A stretch of DNA of 64,000 nt from Eubacteriales bacterium (GTDB taxonomy: Bacteria; Bacillota; Clostridia; Oscillospirales; CAG-272), in contig JAZNZE010000054.1 in the NCBI GenBank assembly GCA_045594785.1, positions 52,091 through 116,090 of the forward strand, given 5' to 3'. Both the position numbers and the translations under genes were made by a program. Below the pieces are notes generated by a model. That model worked only from the letters and a program-made list of their open reading frames with translations, was not told the origin of the DNA and made no database searches. Positions 9,595-19,517 of the stretch are shown piece after piece. Within the stretch, counting starts at the first letter, position 1; every line of letters starts with the position of its first letter.

Positions 9595-10680
9595 ATGGAA
9601 GCTTTAAAAAGCGCAAGAGAAAAAATCAATATAATCGACAGAGAAATGGCAAAGCTATTCGAGGAAAGAATGGAATGCTCGGAAAAAATTGCACAGTACA
9701 AGAAGGAAAGAGGTCTTGCTATATACGATAAGGCAAGAGAGGATGACGTCATCAGACGCAATTCGGAATATATTGCCGACCCCACCATAAGAGAATACTA
9801 CGTCAATTTCTTAAAAAACAATATGTCGGTTTCCAGAGATTTTCAGTCCAGGGTTATGGAAGGCGCTAAGGTTGCATTTAGCGGAATCGAAGGCGCTTTC
9901 GCGCACATTGCCGCAAGCAAGGCATTCCCCTCCTCAAAAAAGATTGGCTATCCCGATTTCATATCTGCTTACAGAGCTGTTGAAAACGGAGAATGTGACG
10001 TTGCCGTACTTCCTATCGAAAACAGCTATAACGGTGAGGTTGGACAGGTTGCCGACCTTATGTTTTCCGGAACGCTTTACGTAAACGCTGTTGTAGAGCT
10101 TGCCGTATCTCACGACCTTCTCGGAGTTCCTGACGCAAATATCGAAGACGTCAAAGAAGTAATAAGTCACGTGCAAGCGCTGGGACAATGCGCTGATTAC
10201 ATAAGAGAGCACGGCTTTGCTTCTCACGAATACGTAAACACGGCTCTTGCCGCTAAATACGTGGCAGAAAAGGGAGACAAAACCCTCGCCGCAATAGCAA
10301 GCAGGGAGGCCGCCGAACTATTCGGACTTAAGGTTCTGGCAACAGACATTCACGCGAGCAAAACAAATACCACCAGATTTGCAATATTTTCAAGAGCCGA
10401 GCACAGACACCGCTCAAGCGAAATGGGAGTTCACACCATTATGCTCTTCACGGTACGTAACGAAGCCGGCGCTTTGGCTAAGGCTATAGATATTATAGGT
10501 AAGCACGGATTCAATATGAGAACGCTGCGTTCAAGACCTATGAAGGAGCTGCTCTGGCAATATTACTTCTACGTAGAGGCTGAAGGAAACATTCACACCT
10601 ACGAAGGAGCTACTATGATGGCTGAGCTCGACAAATACTGTGACAGATTAAAATCTGTGGGCACTTATATAAAGGAATAA
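9595..10680 (+). CDS. pheA: Bifunctional chorismate mutase / prephenate dehydratase (P-protein) with C-terminal ACT domain
   Basis: N-terminal chorismate mutase helix (IDREMAKLFEERMECSEKIAQYKKERGL). The prephenate dehydratase core has TRF (TNTTRFAIF) and ESRP-like (LRSRP) motifs. Confidence 0.9.
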   Translation: MEALKSAREKINIIDREMAKLFEERMECSEKIAQYKKERGLAIYDKAREDDVIRRNSEYIADPTIREYYVNFLKNNMSVSRDFQSRVMEGAKVAFSGIEGAFAHIAASKAFPSSKKIGYPDFISAYRAVENGECDVAVLPIENSYNGEVGQVADLMFSGTLYVNAVVELAVSHDLLGVPDANIEDVKEVISHVQALGQCADYIREHGFASHEYVNTALAAKYVAEKGDKTLAAIASREAAELFGLKVLATDIHASKTNTTRFAIFSRAEHRHRSSEMGVHTIMLFTVRNEAGALAKAIDIIGKHGFNMRTLRSRPMKELLWQYYFYVEAEGNIHTYEGATMMAELDKYCDRLKSVGTYIKE

Positions 10681-10683
10681 ATT

Positions 10684-11700
10684 ATGACTTCACTTCATTT
10701 AAACCTCGGAAATCGAGGATATGATATAACCATTGGACAAGGACTTCTGTCTTCGGCAGATAAATATTTTAAGCTGTCGAGAAAGGTTTTTATCCTGACT
10801 GACGCGGGTGTTCCGCGTGAGTACGCAAGGAAAATTGCAGAAGCTTCAAAGGAGCCGCTGATTTATACTGTCGCTGAGGGTGAATCTTCAAAGAGCCTTT
10901 CAACGCTCGAAAAGCTTCTCACAGCTATGATGGATTTTAAAATGACCAGGGGCGATGCTCTTGTTGCCGTAGGCGGTGGAGTTGTTGGAGACCTTGGCGG
11001 ATTTGCTGCTTCGGTGTATATGAGAGGCATTGATTTTTACAACGCTCCAACTACTCTGCTTTCTCAGGTGGATTCCTCTATAGGAGGAAAAACCGCAGTA
11101 AATCTGGGAAGCACAAAGAATATAGTAGGTGCGTTTTATCAGCCCAAGGCGGTACTTGTTGATACCGATACGCTAAAGACGCTTTCCGAGCGTCATAAAA
11201 GCGCAGGACTTGCCGAAGCGGTAAAAATGTCGCTCACCTCAGATGCACAGCTTTTTGAAATATTTGAAAAAGAAAACGTTTGCGAAAATAATATAGAAAA
11301 AATTATTACAAGAGCTTTGATGATAAAAAAAGCCGTTGTCGAAGAGGACGAAAAAGAATCAGGTCTAAGAAAAATACTTAATTTTGGACATACCTTCGGA
11401 CACGGCATTGAAGCCGAAAGCGGTCTTGGCGGGCTTTATCACGGTGAGTGCGTTGCTCTCGGAATGCTTCCCGTATGCTCAGCCGAAGTGAAAAAAAGAC
11501 TTGTTTCCGTGCTTAAAAGGCTAAATCTTCCAACAGAATATAGCGGAAACGTTGATGTCGCTCTGGAATACACCTACCACGACAAAAAAGCAACTTCTGA
11601 CGGCGTAGACGTTGTTTTGGTAGAAACGCCCGGAAGCTTCAGCATACAGAAAATGACCTTTTCAGACTTTTCGGCTCTGGTAAAGAAAAGCTTTAAGTGA
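10684..11700 (+). CDS. aroB: 3-dehydroquinate synthase
   Basis: Motifs VAVGGGVVGDLGGFAAS, DSSIGGKTAVN and NFGHTFGHGIE. Confidence 0.9.
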   Translation: MTSLHLNLGNRGYDITIGQGLLSSADKYFKLSRKVFILTDAGVPREYARKIAEASKEPLIYTVAEGESSKSLSTLEKLLTAMMDFKMTRGDALVAVGGGVVGDLGGFAASVYMRGIDFYNAPTTLLSQVDSSIGGKTAVNLGSTKNIVGAFYQPKAVLVDTDTLKTLSERHKSAGLAEAVKMSLTSDAQLFEIFEKENVCENNIEKIITRALMIKKAVVEEDEKESGLRKILNFGHTFGHGIEAESGLGGLYHGECVALGMLPVCSAEVKKRLVSVLKRLNLPTEYSGNVDVALEYTYHDKKATSDGVDVVLVETPGSFSIQKMTFSDFSALVKKSFK

Positions 11701-11709
11701 GGTAAAAAA

Positions 11710-12795
11710 ATGAAAAACACCTTTGGTAACAGTCTTACCGTAACAATTTTCGGTGAAAGCCACGGTGAAGAAATAGGTGCTGTCATTGACGGAATAGCAC
11801 CCGGAATAAAGGTTGATACAGACTATATAGAAAAAAGCCTTGCGCTTCGCCGTCCGCACGGAAGAATTTCTACCGCAAGACAGGAAAAGGATAATTTCAG
11901 AATAGTAAGCGGTGTTTTTGAGGGACACACTACCGGAACACCGATAACCATACTGATTCCTAACGAAAATACAAAAAGCAAAGACTACAAGGCTATAGCA
12001 AATATTCCGCGCCCAAGCCATGCCGATTACGCAGCAGAAGAAAAATATCACGGCTTTCAGGATTACAGGGGCGGCGGTCATTTTTCAGGCAGAATCACCG
12101 CAGCACTGGTTGCGGCAGGCTCAATTGTAAACTTTGCTTTGCAAAACAAAGGAATTTACATAGGAACTCATATTTCAACTCTTCACGGAGTGAAAGATAA
12201 AAGGATAGATTCACTTGATGAGGTAAAGCTTCTTTCCGACAAAATATTCCCTGCTCTTTCAGATGAGGCAGAAGAAAAAATGCAAAAGGAAATTCTTACC
12301 GCTGCTGAAATGGGTGACAGCGTGGGGGGCGTCCTTGAAAGTGCGGTTTACGGAATTCCGAGCGGTGTCGGCGAGCCGTTTTTTGACAGTATAGAGAGCG
12401 TTCTTTCTCATATACTGTTCTCCATTCCGGCAATCAAGGGAGTTGAATTCGGAGAAGGATTCGGATTTGCAGAGCTTTACGGCAGCGAAGCAAACGACCC
12501 CTTTATTATTGAAAACGGAAAGATAACAACGAAAACTAACAAATCGGGAGGTATCAACGGCGGCATAACAAACGGAATGCCGATAACCTTCAGATGCGCG
12601 GTTAAGCCCACCCCCTCAATTTACAAGGAACAGGACAGCGTAAGTCTTTCTGAAATGAAAGAAACCAAGCTGAAAATAGAGGGAAGACACGACCCTGCTA
12701 TTATTCACAGGGTAAGAGCCGTAGTAGATGCTGCTGCGGCAATCGCAATAGCCGATATGCTTACCGTGAGATTCGGTACAGACTATCTTAAGTAA
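11710..12795 (+). CDS. aroC: Chorismate synthase
   Basis: FGESHGEEIGAVIDG, RPSHADY, GGGHFSGR and GRHDP motifs. Confidence 0.92.
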   Translation: MKNTFGNSLTVTIFGESHGEEIGAVIDGIAPGIKVDTDYIEKSLALRRPHGRISTARQEKDNFRIVSGVFEGHTTGTPITILIPNENTKSKDYKAIANIPRPSHADYAAEEKYHGFQDYRGGGHFSGRITAALVAAGSIVNFALQNKGIYIGTHISTLHGVKDKRIDSLDEVKLLSDKIFPALSDEAEEKMQKEILTAAEMGDSVGGVLESAVYGIPSGVGEPFFDSIESVLSHILFSIPAIKGVEFGEGFGFAELYGSEANDPFIIENGKITTKTNKSGGINGGITNGMPITFRCAVKPTPSIYKEQDSVSLSEMKETKLKIEGRHDPAIIHRVRAVVDAAAAIAIADMLTVRFGTDYLK

Positions 12796-12810
12796 TTTAA
12801 GGAAAATATC

Positions 12811-14055
12811 ATGAATTTCAAATACGGTTGTATAGGAGAGAAGCTGAAGCACAGCTTTTCGAAAGAAATACACAATTCTCTTGCTGATTACGATTACGCT
12901 ATCATAGAGATTGCGCGCGAGGAGCTCGAAAAATTTGCTACGGAGAAAAAATTCAACGCAGTTAACGTTACTATTCCTTACAAGGAAATGATAATTCCCT
13001 ATCTCTATGAAATTGACAGCCGCGCAAAAGAAATCGGCGCGGTAAACACAGTTGTCAACAGAGGTGGTAAGCTCTACGGGTATAATACCGACTTTTACGG
13101 AATGAGTGAGCTTATAAAAAGAATAGGTATAGACCTAAGAGACAAAAAGGTCGCCATTCTCGGAACGGGCGGAACTTCAAAAACCTCTCTTGCGGTAGCA
13201 AAATCAATGGGTGCAAGAGAAATAATCAGAGTTTCCAGAACTGCCAGAGAGAATTCCGTTACTTACGAGGAGCTTTACGAAAATCACACGGATACGGACG
13301 TAATAATAAACACCACTCCCTCAGGAATGTATCCTAATATTTTCGACATACCCGTAGACTTATCACTTTTCCCTAGCCTATCCGGCGTTGCTGATGCCGT
13401 TTATAATCCTCTGAGAACGCCGCTTATTCTCGCGGCAAAAAAAAGAGGCATTGCCGCGGAGGGCGGTCTCTATATGCTTGTTGCTCAGGCTGTGAGAGCA
13501 TCGGAGATATTTATTGACAAAAAATACAATACGGAAGAAACGGATAAAGTCTTTAAAAAGATTTACTCAGAAAAGGAAAATATTGTTCTTACAGGTATGC
13601 CTGCAAGCGGAAAAAGCACGGTTGGAAGACTCATTGCCGATGCTATGGGAAGAGAGTTTATTGATACGGACGATATAATTTGCGAGGACGAAGGAAAAAG
13701 CATTCCCGACATTTTCCGCGAGAATGGAGAAAAGTATTTCAGAGATGCCGAAACGCGAGCTGTTAAAAGAGTCGCTTCTCTTTGCGGTAAGGTTATAGCA
13801 ACCGGCGGCGGTGTAATTCTCAGAGAAGAAAACGTTGACGCTCTCAGAGAAAACGGAAAGCTATACTTTATCGACAGACCTCTTGCAGATATTATTCCAA
13901 CGAGCGACAGACCGCTTGCCAGCGACAGAGAAGCTATAGAAAAACGGTATAACGAGCGTTATGCTATTTATAACAGCACCGCAGACGTAAAAATCAACGT
14001 GAACTCTGATGCAGAAGGTGTCAAAGTAAGGATTATGGAGGACTTTCTTAAATGA
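12811..14055 (+). CDS. Fused shikimate dehydrogenase (N-terminal) / shikimate kinase (C-terminal)
   Basis: AroE part: NVTIPYK, GAVNTV, YGYNTD, GTGGTSK. AroK part from about aa 255: LTGMPASGKSTVGRLIA...DTD...FR..E...ATGGG. Confidence 0.88.
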   Translation: MNFKYGCIGEKLKHSFSKEIHNSLADYDYAIIEIAREELEKFATEKKFNAVNVTIPYKEMIIPYLYEIDSRAKEIGAVNTVVNRGGKLYGYNTDFYGMSELIKRIGIDLRDKKVAILGTGGTSKTSLAVAKSMGAREIIRVSRTARENSVTYEELYENHTDTDVIINTTPSGMYPNIFDIPVDLSLFPSLSGVADAVYNPLRTPLILAAKKRGIAAEGGLYMLVAQAVRASEIFIDKKYNTEETDKVFKKIYSEKENIVLTGMPASGKSTVGRLIADAMGREFIDTDDIICEDEGKSIPDIFRENGEKYFRDAETRAVKRVASLCGKVIATGGGVILREENVDALRENGKLYFIDRPLADIIPTSDRPLASDREAIEKRYNERYAIYNSTADVKINVNSDAEGVKVRIMEDFLK

Positions 14056-14507
14056 AGCTTTATATAATAAACGGACCTAATCTCAATATGCTCGGTATTC
14101 GCGAGCCGGACAAATATGGAAATGAAAGCTACGATGCTCTCGTGGACACTGTAAAATCTCACTGTACGTCTCTTGGAATCGAGCCAATATTCTATCAATC
14201 AAATCACGAGGGTGACCTGGTCGATAAAATTCAGGAAGCGTATTTTGAAAAGGCAGACGGAATAGTAATAAATCCGGGTGCGTATACGCACACGAGCATT
14301 GCTCTTCTTGATGCGGTTAAGGCAACTATGCTTCCCTGCGTTGAGGTTCATATTTCTAAGGTTGAAGAACGCGAAGACTTCAGGCAGATAAGCTTTATTC
14401 GCCTTGCGGCAGAAAAAACCATAACAGGACACGGACTAAAAGGATATACCGAAGCCTGCGATTTTCTTTTTGATAAGCTAAGCGGTGGCAAAAAGGAGAC
14501 TACTTAA
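14052..14507 (+). CDS. aroQ: Type II 3-dehydroquinate dehydratase
   Basis: INGPNLNMLGIREPDKYG, QSNHEGDL, INPGAYTHTSIAL and VEVHISK motifs. 4-bp overlap with the upstream gene. Confidence 0.92.
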   Translation: MKLYIINGPNLNMLGIREPDKYGNESYDALVDTVKSHCTSLGIEPIFYQSNHEGDLVDKIQEAYFEKADGIVINPGAYTHTSIALLDAVKATMLPCVEVHISKVEEREDFRQISFIRLAAEKTITGHGLKGYTEACDFLFDKLSGGKKETT

Positions 14508-15715
14508 TGAAAATTGAAATAAAAAAAGGCGTGGCAAAAGGAACGCTTACCGCTCCTCCGTCAAAGAGTATGGCACACAGACTTCTTATTGCCGCAGCAA
14601 TGGCTGAGGGTGAAAGTATAGTTCGTTCGGTTTCGTCCTGTGAGGACGTAATGGCAACTCTTGATTGTCTCAGAGCTCTCGGGGTCGACTGCAAGGAGGT
14701 TAGCGGAGACGTAATCGTAAACGGTAAGCACCCCTCGAAAATGATTCCCCGCGCACCGTTATGCGCAAGAGAAAGCGGCAGCACGCTCAGATTTATGATT
14801 CCCATCGCTCTTTCGACAAATAAATCTACAATTTTTTACGGCTCTGCAGGCCTTATGCAGCGTCCTATGACTGTTTATGAAGACCTTGCAAAAGAAAAGG
14901 GACTTACTTACCTTAATGACGGGAATTCCATAATAGTAAAGGGCAAGCTTCCCGGCGGAGATTATACCCTGCCGGGCAACGTAAGCAGCCAGTTTATCAG
15001 CGGCTTGCTTTTTGCTCTTCCTTCAGCAGACGTGGATAGCTATATAAAAATACTTCCTCCCATAGAAAGCCGCTCGTATATCGGGCTTACAATAAACGCT
15101 CTGGAGAGCTTTGGAATCAAAGTTAAGTGGGTTGACGATAACACCATTTTTATTCCGGCAAATCAAAAATACACGCCCTGCGACTTAACTGTAGAGGGTG
15201 ACTACTCCGGTGCGGCATTTCCCGATGCTTTAAATCTTTTTTCGGGTGACGTAAAGCTGCTCGGACTTAACGAAAATTCCCTTCAGGGCGACAGCGTTTA
15301 CAGAAAGTACTACGATATGCTTACGCGCGGAGTTCCTACGATACATATAGGGGATTGCCCCGACCTTGGCCCTATTATGTTTGCAATTGCTGCCGCGAAG
15401 AACGGCGGAATATTTACAGGAACGAAAAGACTTAAGATAAAGGAGAGTGACAGAGCCGAGGCTATGGCAGAGGAGTTAAAAAAATTCGGAACTGCTGTTT
15501 CGGTATATGAGGATACCGTAGTTATATATCCTAAGGAATTCCACAAGCCCACAGAATGTCTTTCCGGTCACAACGACCACAGAATAGTTATGTCACTTTC
15601 CGTTTTGCTGACATTGACCGGAGGGGAAATTGACGGAGCTGAAGCAGTAACTAAGAGCTATCCCGCATTTTTTGAGGACCTTATAAGTCTTGGAATAGAG
15701 GCAAAAGAAGTATGA
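14507..15715 (+). CDS. aroA: 3-phosphoshikimate 1-carboxyvinyltransferase (EPSP synthase)
   Basis: PPSKSMAHRLLI, ESGSTLRF, SSQFISGLL, KESDR and DHRIVMS motifs. 1-bp overlap with aroQ. Confidence 0.9.
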   Translation: MKIEIKKGVAKGTLTAPPSKSMAHRLLIAAAMAEGESIVRSVSSCEDVMATLDCLRALGVDCKEVSGDVIVNGKHPSKMIPRAPLCARESGSTLRFMIPIALSTNKSTIFYGSAGLMQRPMTVYEDLAKEKGLTYLNDGNSIIVKGKLPGGDYTLPGNVSSQFISGLLFALPSADVDSYIKILPPIESRSYIGLTINALESFGIKVKWVDDNTIFIPANQKYTPCDLTVEGDYSGAAFPDALNLFSGDVKLLGLNENSLQGDSVYRKYYDMLTRGVPTIHIGDCPDLGPIMFAIAAAKNGGIFTGTKRLKIKESDRAEAMAEELKKFGTAVSVYEDTVVIYPKEFHKPTECLSGHNDHRIVMSLSVLLTLTGGEIDGAEAVTKSYPAFFEDLISLGIEAKEV

Positions 15716-16575
15716 AATTTACAAAAGACACAAATATACTCATAATCGGACTTGGAGTTATAGGCGGAAGCTACGCAAAAGCATTAACCGATTTAGGATA
15801 TAAAGTATCGTGCATTACAAAAAACGAAGAAGACATACGCTATGCACTCAAAAAAAATATGATTCACTACGGAACTACAGCACTTGACGAGAAGCTTATA
15901 GCAGAATCTCCACTTATCGTTTTTGCACTTTATCCCACGGTTTTTATAGAATGGATAGAAAAAAACCAAGCGCTTTTTTCTCCCGGAACACTTATTACTG
16001 ACGTTACGGGTGTTAAGGGCTCTGTTGTAAAAAAGGTACAAGGTCTTTTAAGAAGCGACGTGGAATTTATTGCCGCTCACCCTATGGCAGGACGAGAGCG
16101 AAGCGGCGTTGAATTCAGTGACCCGGATGTATTTAAGGGAGCTAATTATATTGTAACTCCAACAGATAAAAACACTCCGGAAGCAATAGAAATATGTAAG
16201 GCTCTCGGTTCTGAGTTGGGATTTTCGCGGATTTCAGAGCTGAGCGTTGAAAAGCATGACGAAATGATTGCATTTCTGTCTCAGCTCACACACTGCATTG
16301 CAGTTTCACTTATGAACTGCAATGAAACGCCTGAGCTTGAAAAATACACGGGCGACTCGTTCAGAGACCTCACCAGAATAGCGAAAATAAACGATAAAAT
16401 GTGGAGCGAGCTTTTCCTAATGAATAAAAATGCTTTGCTCACCGAAATGGATTCTTTCATAAGTGAATTTACCGAATTCAGAAACCTTATAGAAAGTGAT
16501 GACACAGAAAAACTAAGAAAAAAAATGAGAGCTTCGACAGCAAGGAGAGCCTTGTTTGACAAGCCGAAGGCATAA
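15712..16575 (+). CDS. tyrA: Prephenate dehydrogenase
   Basis: ILIIGLGVIGGSYAKAL Rossmann motif and AAHPMAGRERSG catalytic motif. 4-bp overlap with aroA. Confidence 0.88.
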   Translation: MKFTKDTNILIIGLGVIGGSYAKALTDLGYKVSCITKNEEDIRYALKKNMIHYGTTALDEKLIAESPLIVFALYPTVFIEWIEKNQALFSPGTLITDVTGVKGSVVKKVQGLLRSDVEFIAAHPMAGRERSGVEFSDPDVFKGANYIVTPTDKNTPEAIEICKALGSELGFSRISELSVEKHDEMIAFLSQLTHCIAVSLMNCNETPELEKYTGDSFRDLTRIAKINDKMWSELFLMNKNALLTEMDSFISEFTEFRNLIESDDTEKLRKKMRASTARRALFDKPKA

Positions 16576-16590
16576 GAGAGGTAAAAAATC

Positions 16591-17622
16591 ATGAATATGG
16601 AATTTTTCCGCAAGCTTCCAATCCCAAAGGATATAAAGGAGCAATTTCCTATCACCAAGGAGGTTGCGCTTGCAAAAGAAAAGGTTGTAAATGAAATGAA
16701 TGATATTTTTTCGGGAAAATCCGATAAATTCATTCTTGTTATCGGTCCTTGCTCTGCTGATAGTGAGGACCCCGTTCTCGACTACATCTATCGTCTTAGA
16801 GGTGTTCAGGAAAAGGTCAAGGACAAGATTCTTATAGTGCCGAGAATATATACAAACAAGCCAAGAACTACGGGTGACGGCTACAAGGGAATGCTTCACC
16901 AGCCTAACCCCAACGAAGCTCCAGACCTGCTTAAAGGTATAATATCTATAAGAAAGCTGCATATGAGAGCCGTTTCGGAAACCGGTTTTGCCTGCGCTGA
17001 CGAAATGCTTTATCCGGAAAACCACAGATATCTTTCGGATATTATCGCATACGTTGCGGTTGGTGCTCGCTCGGTAGAAAACCAGCAGCACAGACTCACA
17101 GCCTCGGGTCTTGACGTTCCGGTAGGAATGAAAAACCCAACCTCCGGAGATATTGCGGTTATGATGAATTCTATAACCGCAGCGCAGCACTCTCACGTTT
17201 TCTGCTACAGAGGCTGGGAGGTAAAGAGCTCAGGAAATCCTTACGCCCACGCAATTCTTCGCGGATACGTTGACAAGCAAGGAAAATCCCACCCCAACTA
17301 TCATTATGAGGACCTCACAAATCTTTTCGAGGTATACTCCCAGTCGGGACTTAAAAATCCTGCAGCAATCATAGATACAAATCACTCAAACTCCGGAAAG
17401 AAATACCTTGAGCAGATACGAATCGCTAAGGAGATTCTTCACAGTATGAGATACGATTCAAACGTTAAAAGCCTCATAAAAGGGCTTATGATAGAAAGCT
17501 ACATTGAAGATGGAGCTCAAAAAATAACAGATTGTGAAGTATATGGAAAATCCATCACAGACCCTTGTCTTGGTTGGGAAAAGACCGAGCGTCTTATTTA
17601 TGACATAGCTGATGGGCTATAA
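16591..17622 (+). CDS. 3-deoxy-7-phosphoheptulonate (DAHP) synthase, class I (AroG/F/H-like)
   Basis: VIGPCSADSEDPVLDY, PRIYTNKPRTTGDGYKGMLHQP, VAVGARSVENQQHR and IDTNHSNS motifs. Confidence 0.85.
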   Translation: MNMEFFRKLPIPKDIKEQFPITKEVALAKEKVVNEMNDIFSGKSDKFILVIGPCSADSEDPVLDYIYRLRGVQEKVKDKILIVPRIYTNKPRTTGDGYKGMLHQPNPNEAPDLLKGIISIRKLHMRAVSETGFACADEMLYPENHRYLSDIIAYVAVGARSVENQQHRLTASGLDVPVGMKNPTSGDIAVMMNSITAAQHSHVFCYRGWEVKSSGNPYAHAILRGYVDKQGKSHPNYHYEDLTNLFEVYSQSGLKNPAAIIDTNHSNSGKKYLEQIRIAKEILHSMRYDSNVKSLIKGLMIESYIEDGAQKITDCEVYGKSITDPCLGWEKTERLIYDIADGL

Positions 17623-17640
17623 TAAAGCATATCTTAGAAT

Positions 17641-17680
17641 AAAAAACACCGATGCGGACTTTTTTGCATCGGTGTTTTTT
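17641..17680. terminator. Bidirectional rho-independent terminator ending the aromatic operon and the convergent deacetylase gene
   Basis: AAAAAACACCGATGC-loop-GCATCGGTGTTTTTT; 10-bp stem with A and T runs on both sides. Confidence 0.85.
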
Positions 17681-17681
17681 A

Positions 17682-18599
17682 TCATATGAGATTTTCTGAT
17701 TTCGGTTTCAGAACGTATTTTTTATCATTAATAGAAATATAAAGTTCTTTATCCGAATGATTGTATATTTTTCCCTCGGTTATTTCAAGCGAATTCATTG
17801 CTTCATCGTATTCAAAAATATCACCTACACTAGCATACCAGAAATCGTTTGGTCTATTGCCGTATTTTGCGGCAAAATCGCGAAGCTCATTCCATTTGCC
17901 ATTACGCTCAAAATCAACCGAATGAAGTCCAAAGCAAAAATATTTGAGCTCACCGTCATTTTCAAGAGCATCGAACTCAATAATTTTAGTTTCTATATTG
18001 GTACTATCTGCATTGACGCCCCAGTCCATTTTATCCTTAGGGATAGAAAAGCCTTCTTCGCTGTAAGCTTTTCTTATAGAAGCATAGCCTGCGTTTTTAA
18101 GAGCCTCGAATAGCTCTTCGTTTTTCTGCCTGCCATAAGGCCAAACAAAGCCTCTTACAGAGCCCTTGCCGAAAATATCTTCAATATCGCGTCTTCCCTC
18201 CTCAGCAAGCTTCAAATACGCATCTGCCGTTGCAACAGTTGCCCAGTAGCTTCTGTGGTAGATAAGATATACGCCTTCCCTCTCACTCCTATAAACCAGA
18301 CTTGTGTTGGCAGTTTCTTTATCAAAGGGCTCGTCTGCAAACAGATACTGCCTATCGGGATTAAAGGCGAATGGGTGACGATTGCAGTGATTAGAAATCT
18401 CAAAGCCACGGTAAAACTCGCGGTATTCCCCGTCACTTATGGCTCTGGCTCCTCTTCCAAAAAACAGATTGAATGTTCCCGTAATACCCACCGGACGAAC
18501 TATATCTATGAATATTTTATCGTAGACCAAGCTTCCGTCATCGATAGAAAAGGTTATCGCCTTAGGCGTAAACCCCGGAAAATACTTATTAAATTTCAC
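17682..18599 (-). CDS. Polysaccharide deacetylase (NodB-homology / CE4-like) family protein
   Basis: ITFSIDDGS and ISNHCNRHP resemble the NodB motifs TFDDG and HxxxH. The family assignment is tentative. Confidence 0.5.
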   Translation of the reverse strand: MKFNKYFPGFTPKAITFSIDDGSLVYDKIFIDIVRPVGITGTFNLFFGRGARAISDGEYREFYRGFEISNHCNRHPFAFNPDRQYLFADEPFDKETANTSLVYRSEREGVYLIYHRSYWATVATADAYLKLAEEGRRDIEDIFGKGSVRGFVWPYGRQKNEELFEALKNAGYASIRKAYSEEGFSIPKDKMDWGVNADSTNIETKIIEFDALENDGELKYFCFGLHSVDFERNGKWNELRDFAAKYGNRPNDFWYASVGDIFEYDEAMNSLEITEGKIYNHSDKELYISINDKKYVLKPKSENLI

Positions 18600-18602
18600 T
18601 TT

Positions 18603-19457
18603 TTACCCCTTACCGTTATAATATACCACCTGCCCGGGCTCAACCGAATGCGTGAGCCATACGTTACCGCCTATCACGGCACCGTCACCTATCCTGGTAT
18701 TGCCTCCGAGAATCGTAGCGTTTGCGTAAATAACGCAATTATTTCCTATATCGGGATGACGCTTTATTCCCTTTATGGGATTGCCGTCCGCATCAAGCTC
18801 AAAGCTCTTTGCTCCGAGGGTTACTCCCTGGTATATTTTAACGTTGTTTCCTATGGTAGTGGTTTCGCCTATTACTATACCCGTTCCGTGATCTATAAAG
18901 AAATATTCGCCAACCGTTGCGCCTGCGTGTATATCTATTCCCGTTTTTTCATGTGCAAACTCGGTCATAACTCTCGATATGCACGGAACGCCGAGAAGAT
19001 AAAATTCGTGTGCAATTCTATATATAGATATTGCGTAAAAGCCGGGATAGGAAAGTATAATTTCCTCGGGGCTTCTTGCTGCGGGGTCTCCTTCGTATAT
19101 CGCTTGGACGTCCTTGATTAAAGAATCCTTTATATCCGGAATTTTTTCAAGTATCGAATACGTGATGGTCTCGGTATCTACCACTTCGCCTTCGCTGCAA
19201 AAGGCGTATGCCGCACTTATCTGCCGCTTAATACCTATAAATACGGTGTTAAGAATTTCCGCCCTGCTTTTTCCCTCGTTAGACGCTCTTCTGAAATAAT
19301 CGGGAAACATAAGCTCCTGAATATCTTTAATTATATTGATGATTTCTTTTCTTGACGGTACAAGGAGTGCTCTGTTATGAAAATAATTATATCTTTCCTC
19401 AACCTTGCCGTCTATAGTTTTAAGTAAAGCTTCAAGCCGTTGTTCGTGTGTCTGCAT
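18603..19457 (-). CDS. cysE: Serine O-acetyltransferase (long form with N-terminal helical domain)
   Basis: AIYEGDPAA, GIDIHAGATVGEYFFIDHGTGIVIGETT and hexapeptide repeats through to the C-terminus. Confidence 0.85.
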   Translation of the reverse strand: MQTHEQRLEALLKTIDGKVEERYNYFHNRALLVPSRKEIINIIKDIQELMFPDYFRRASNEGKSRAEILNTVFIGIKRQISAAYAFCSEGEVVDTETITYSILEKIPDIKDSLIKDVQAIYEGDPAARSPEEIILSYPGFYAISIYRIAHEFYLLGVPCISRVMTEFAHEKTGIDIHAGATVGEYFFIDHGTGIVIGETTTIGNNVKIYQGVTLGAKSFELDADGNPIKGIKRHPDIGNNCVIYANATILGGNTRIGDGAVIGGNVWLTHSVEPGQVVYYNGKG

Positions 19458-19475
19458 ACTGTTCTCTCTTTATTT

Positions 19476-19510
19476 AAAAAGGAACTGCCGAAAAGCAGCA
19501 GTTCCCTTTT
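19476..19510 (-). terminator. Rho-independent terminator after the 779-aa secreted protein gene
   Basis: GGAACTGC ... GCAGTTCC stem, followed on the minus strand by a T-run (AAAAA on plus). Confidence 0.7.
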
Positions 19511-19517
19511 GTATTTA

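Noticed and set aside
16513-17196. 227-aa antisense ORF over the DAHP synthase gene. Similar antisense ORFs lie at 18255-19121, 28004-28762, 38733-39464 and 44273-45058.
   Set aside because: Each overlaps a gene whose product carries clear family motifs. The antisense products have none and use non-ATG or unsupported starts.
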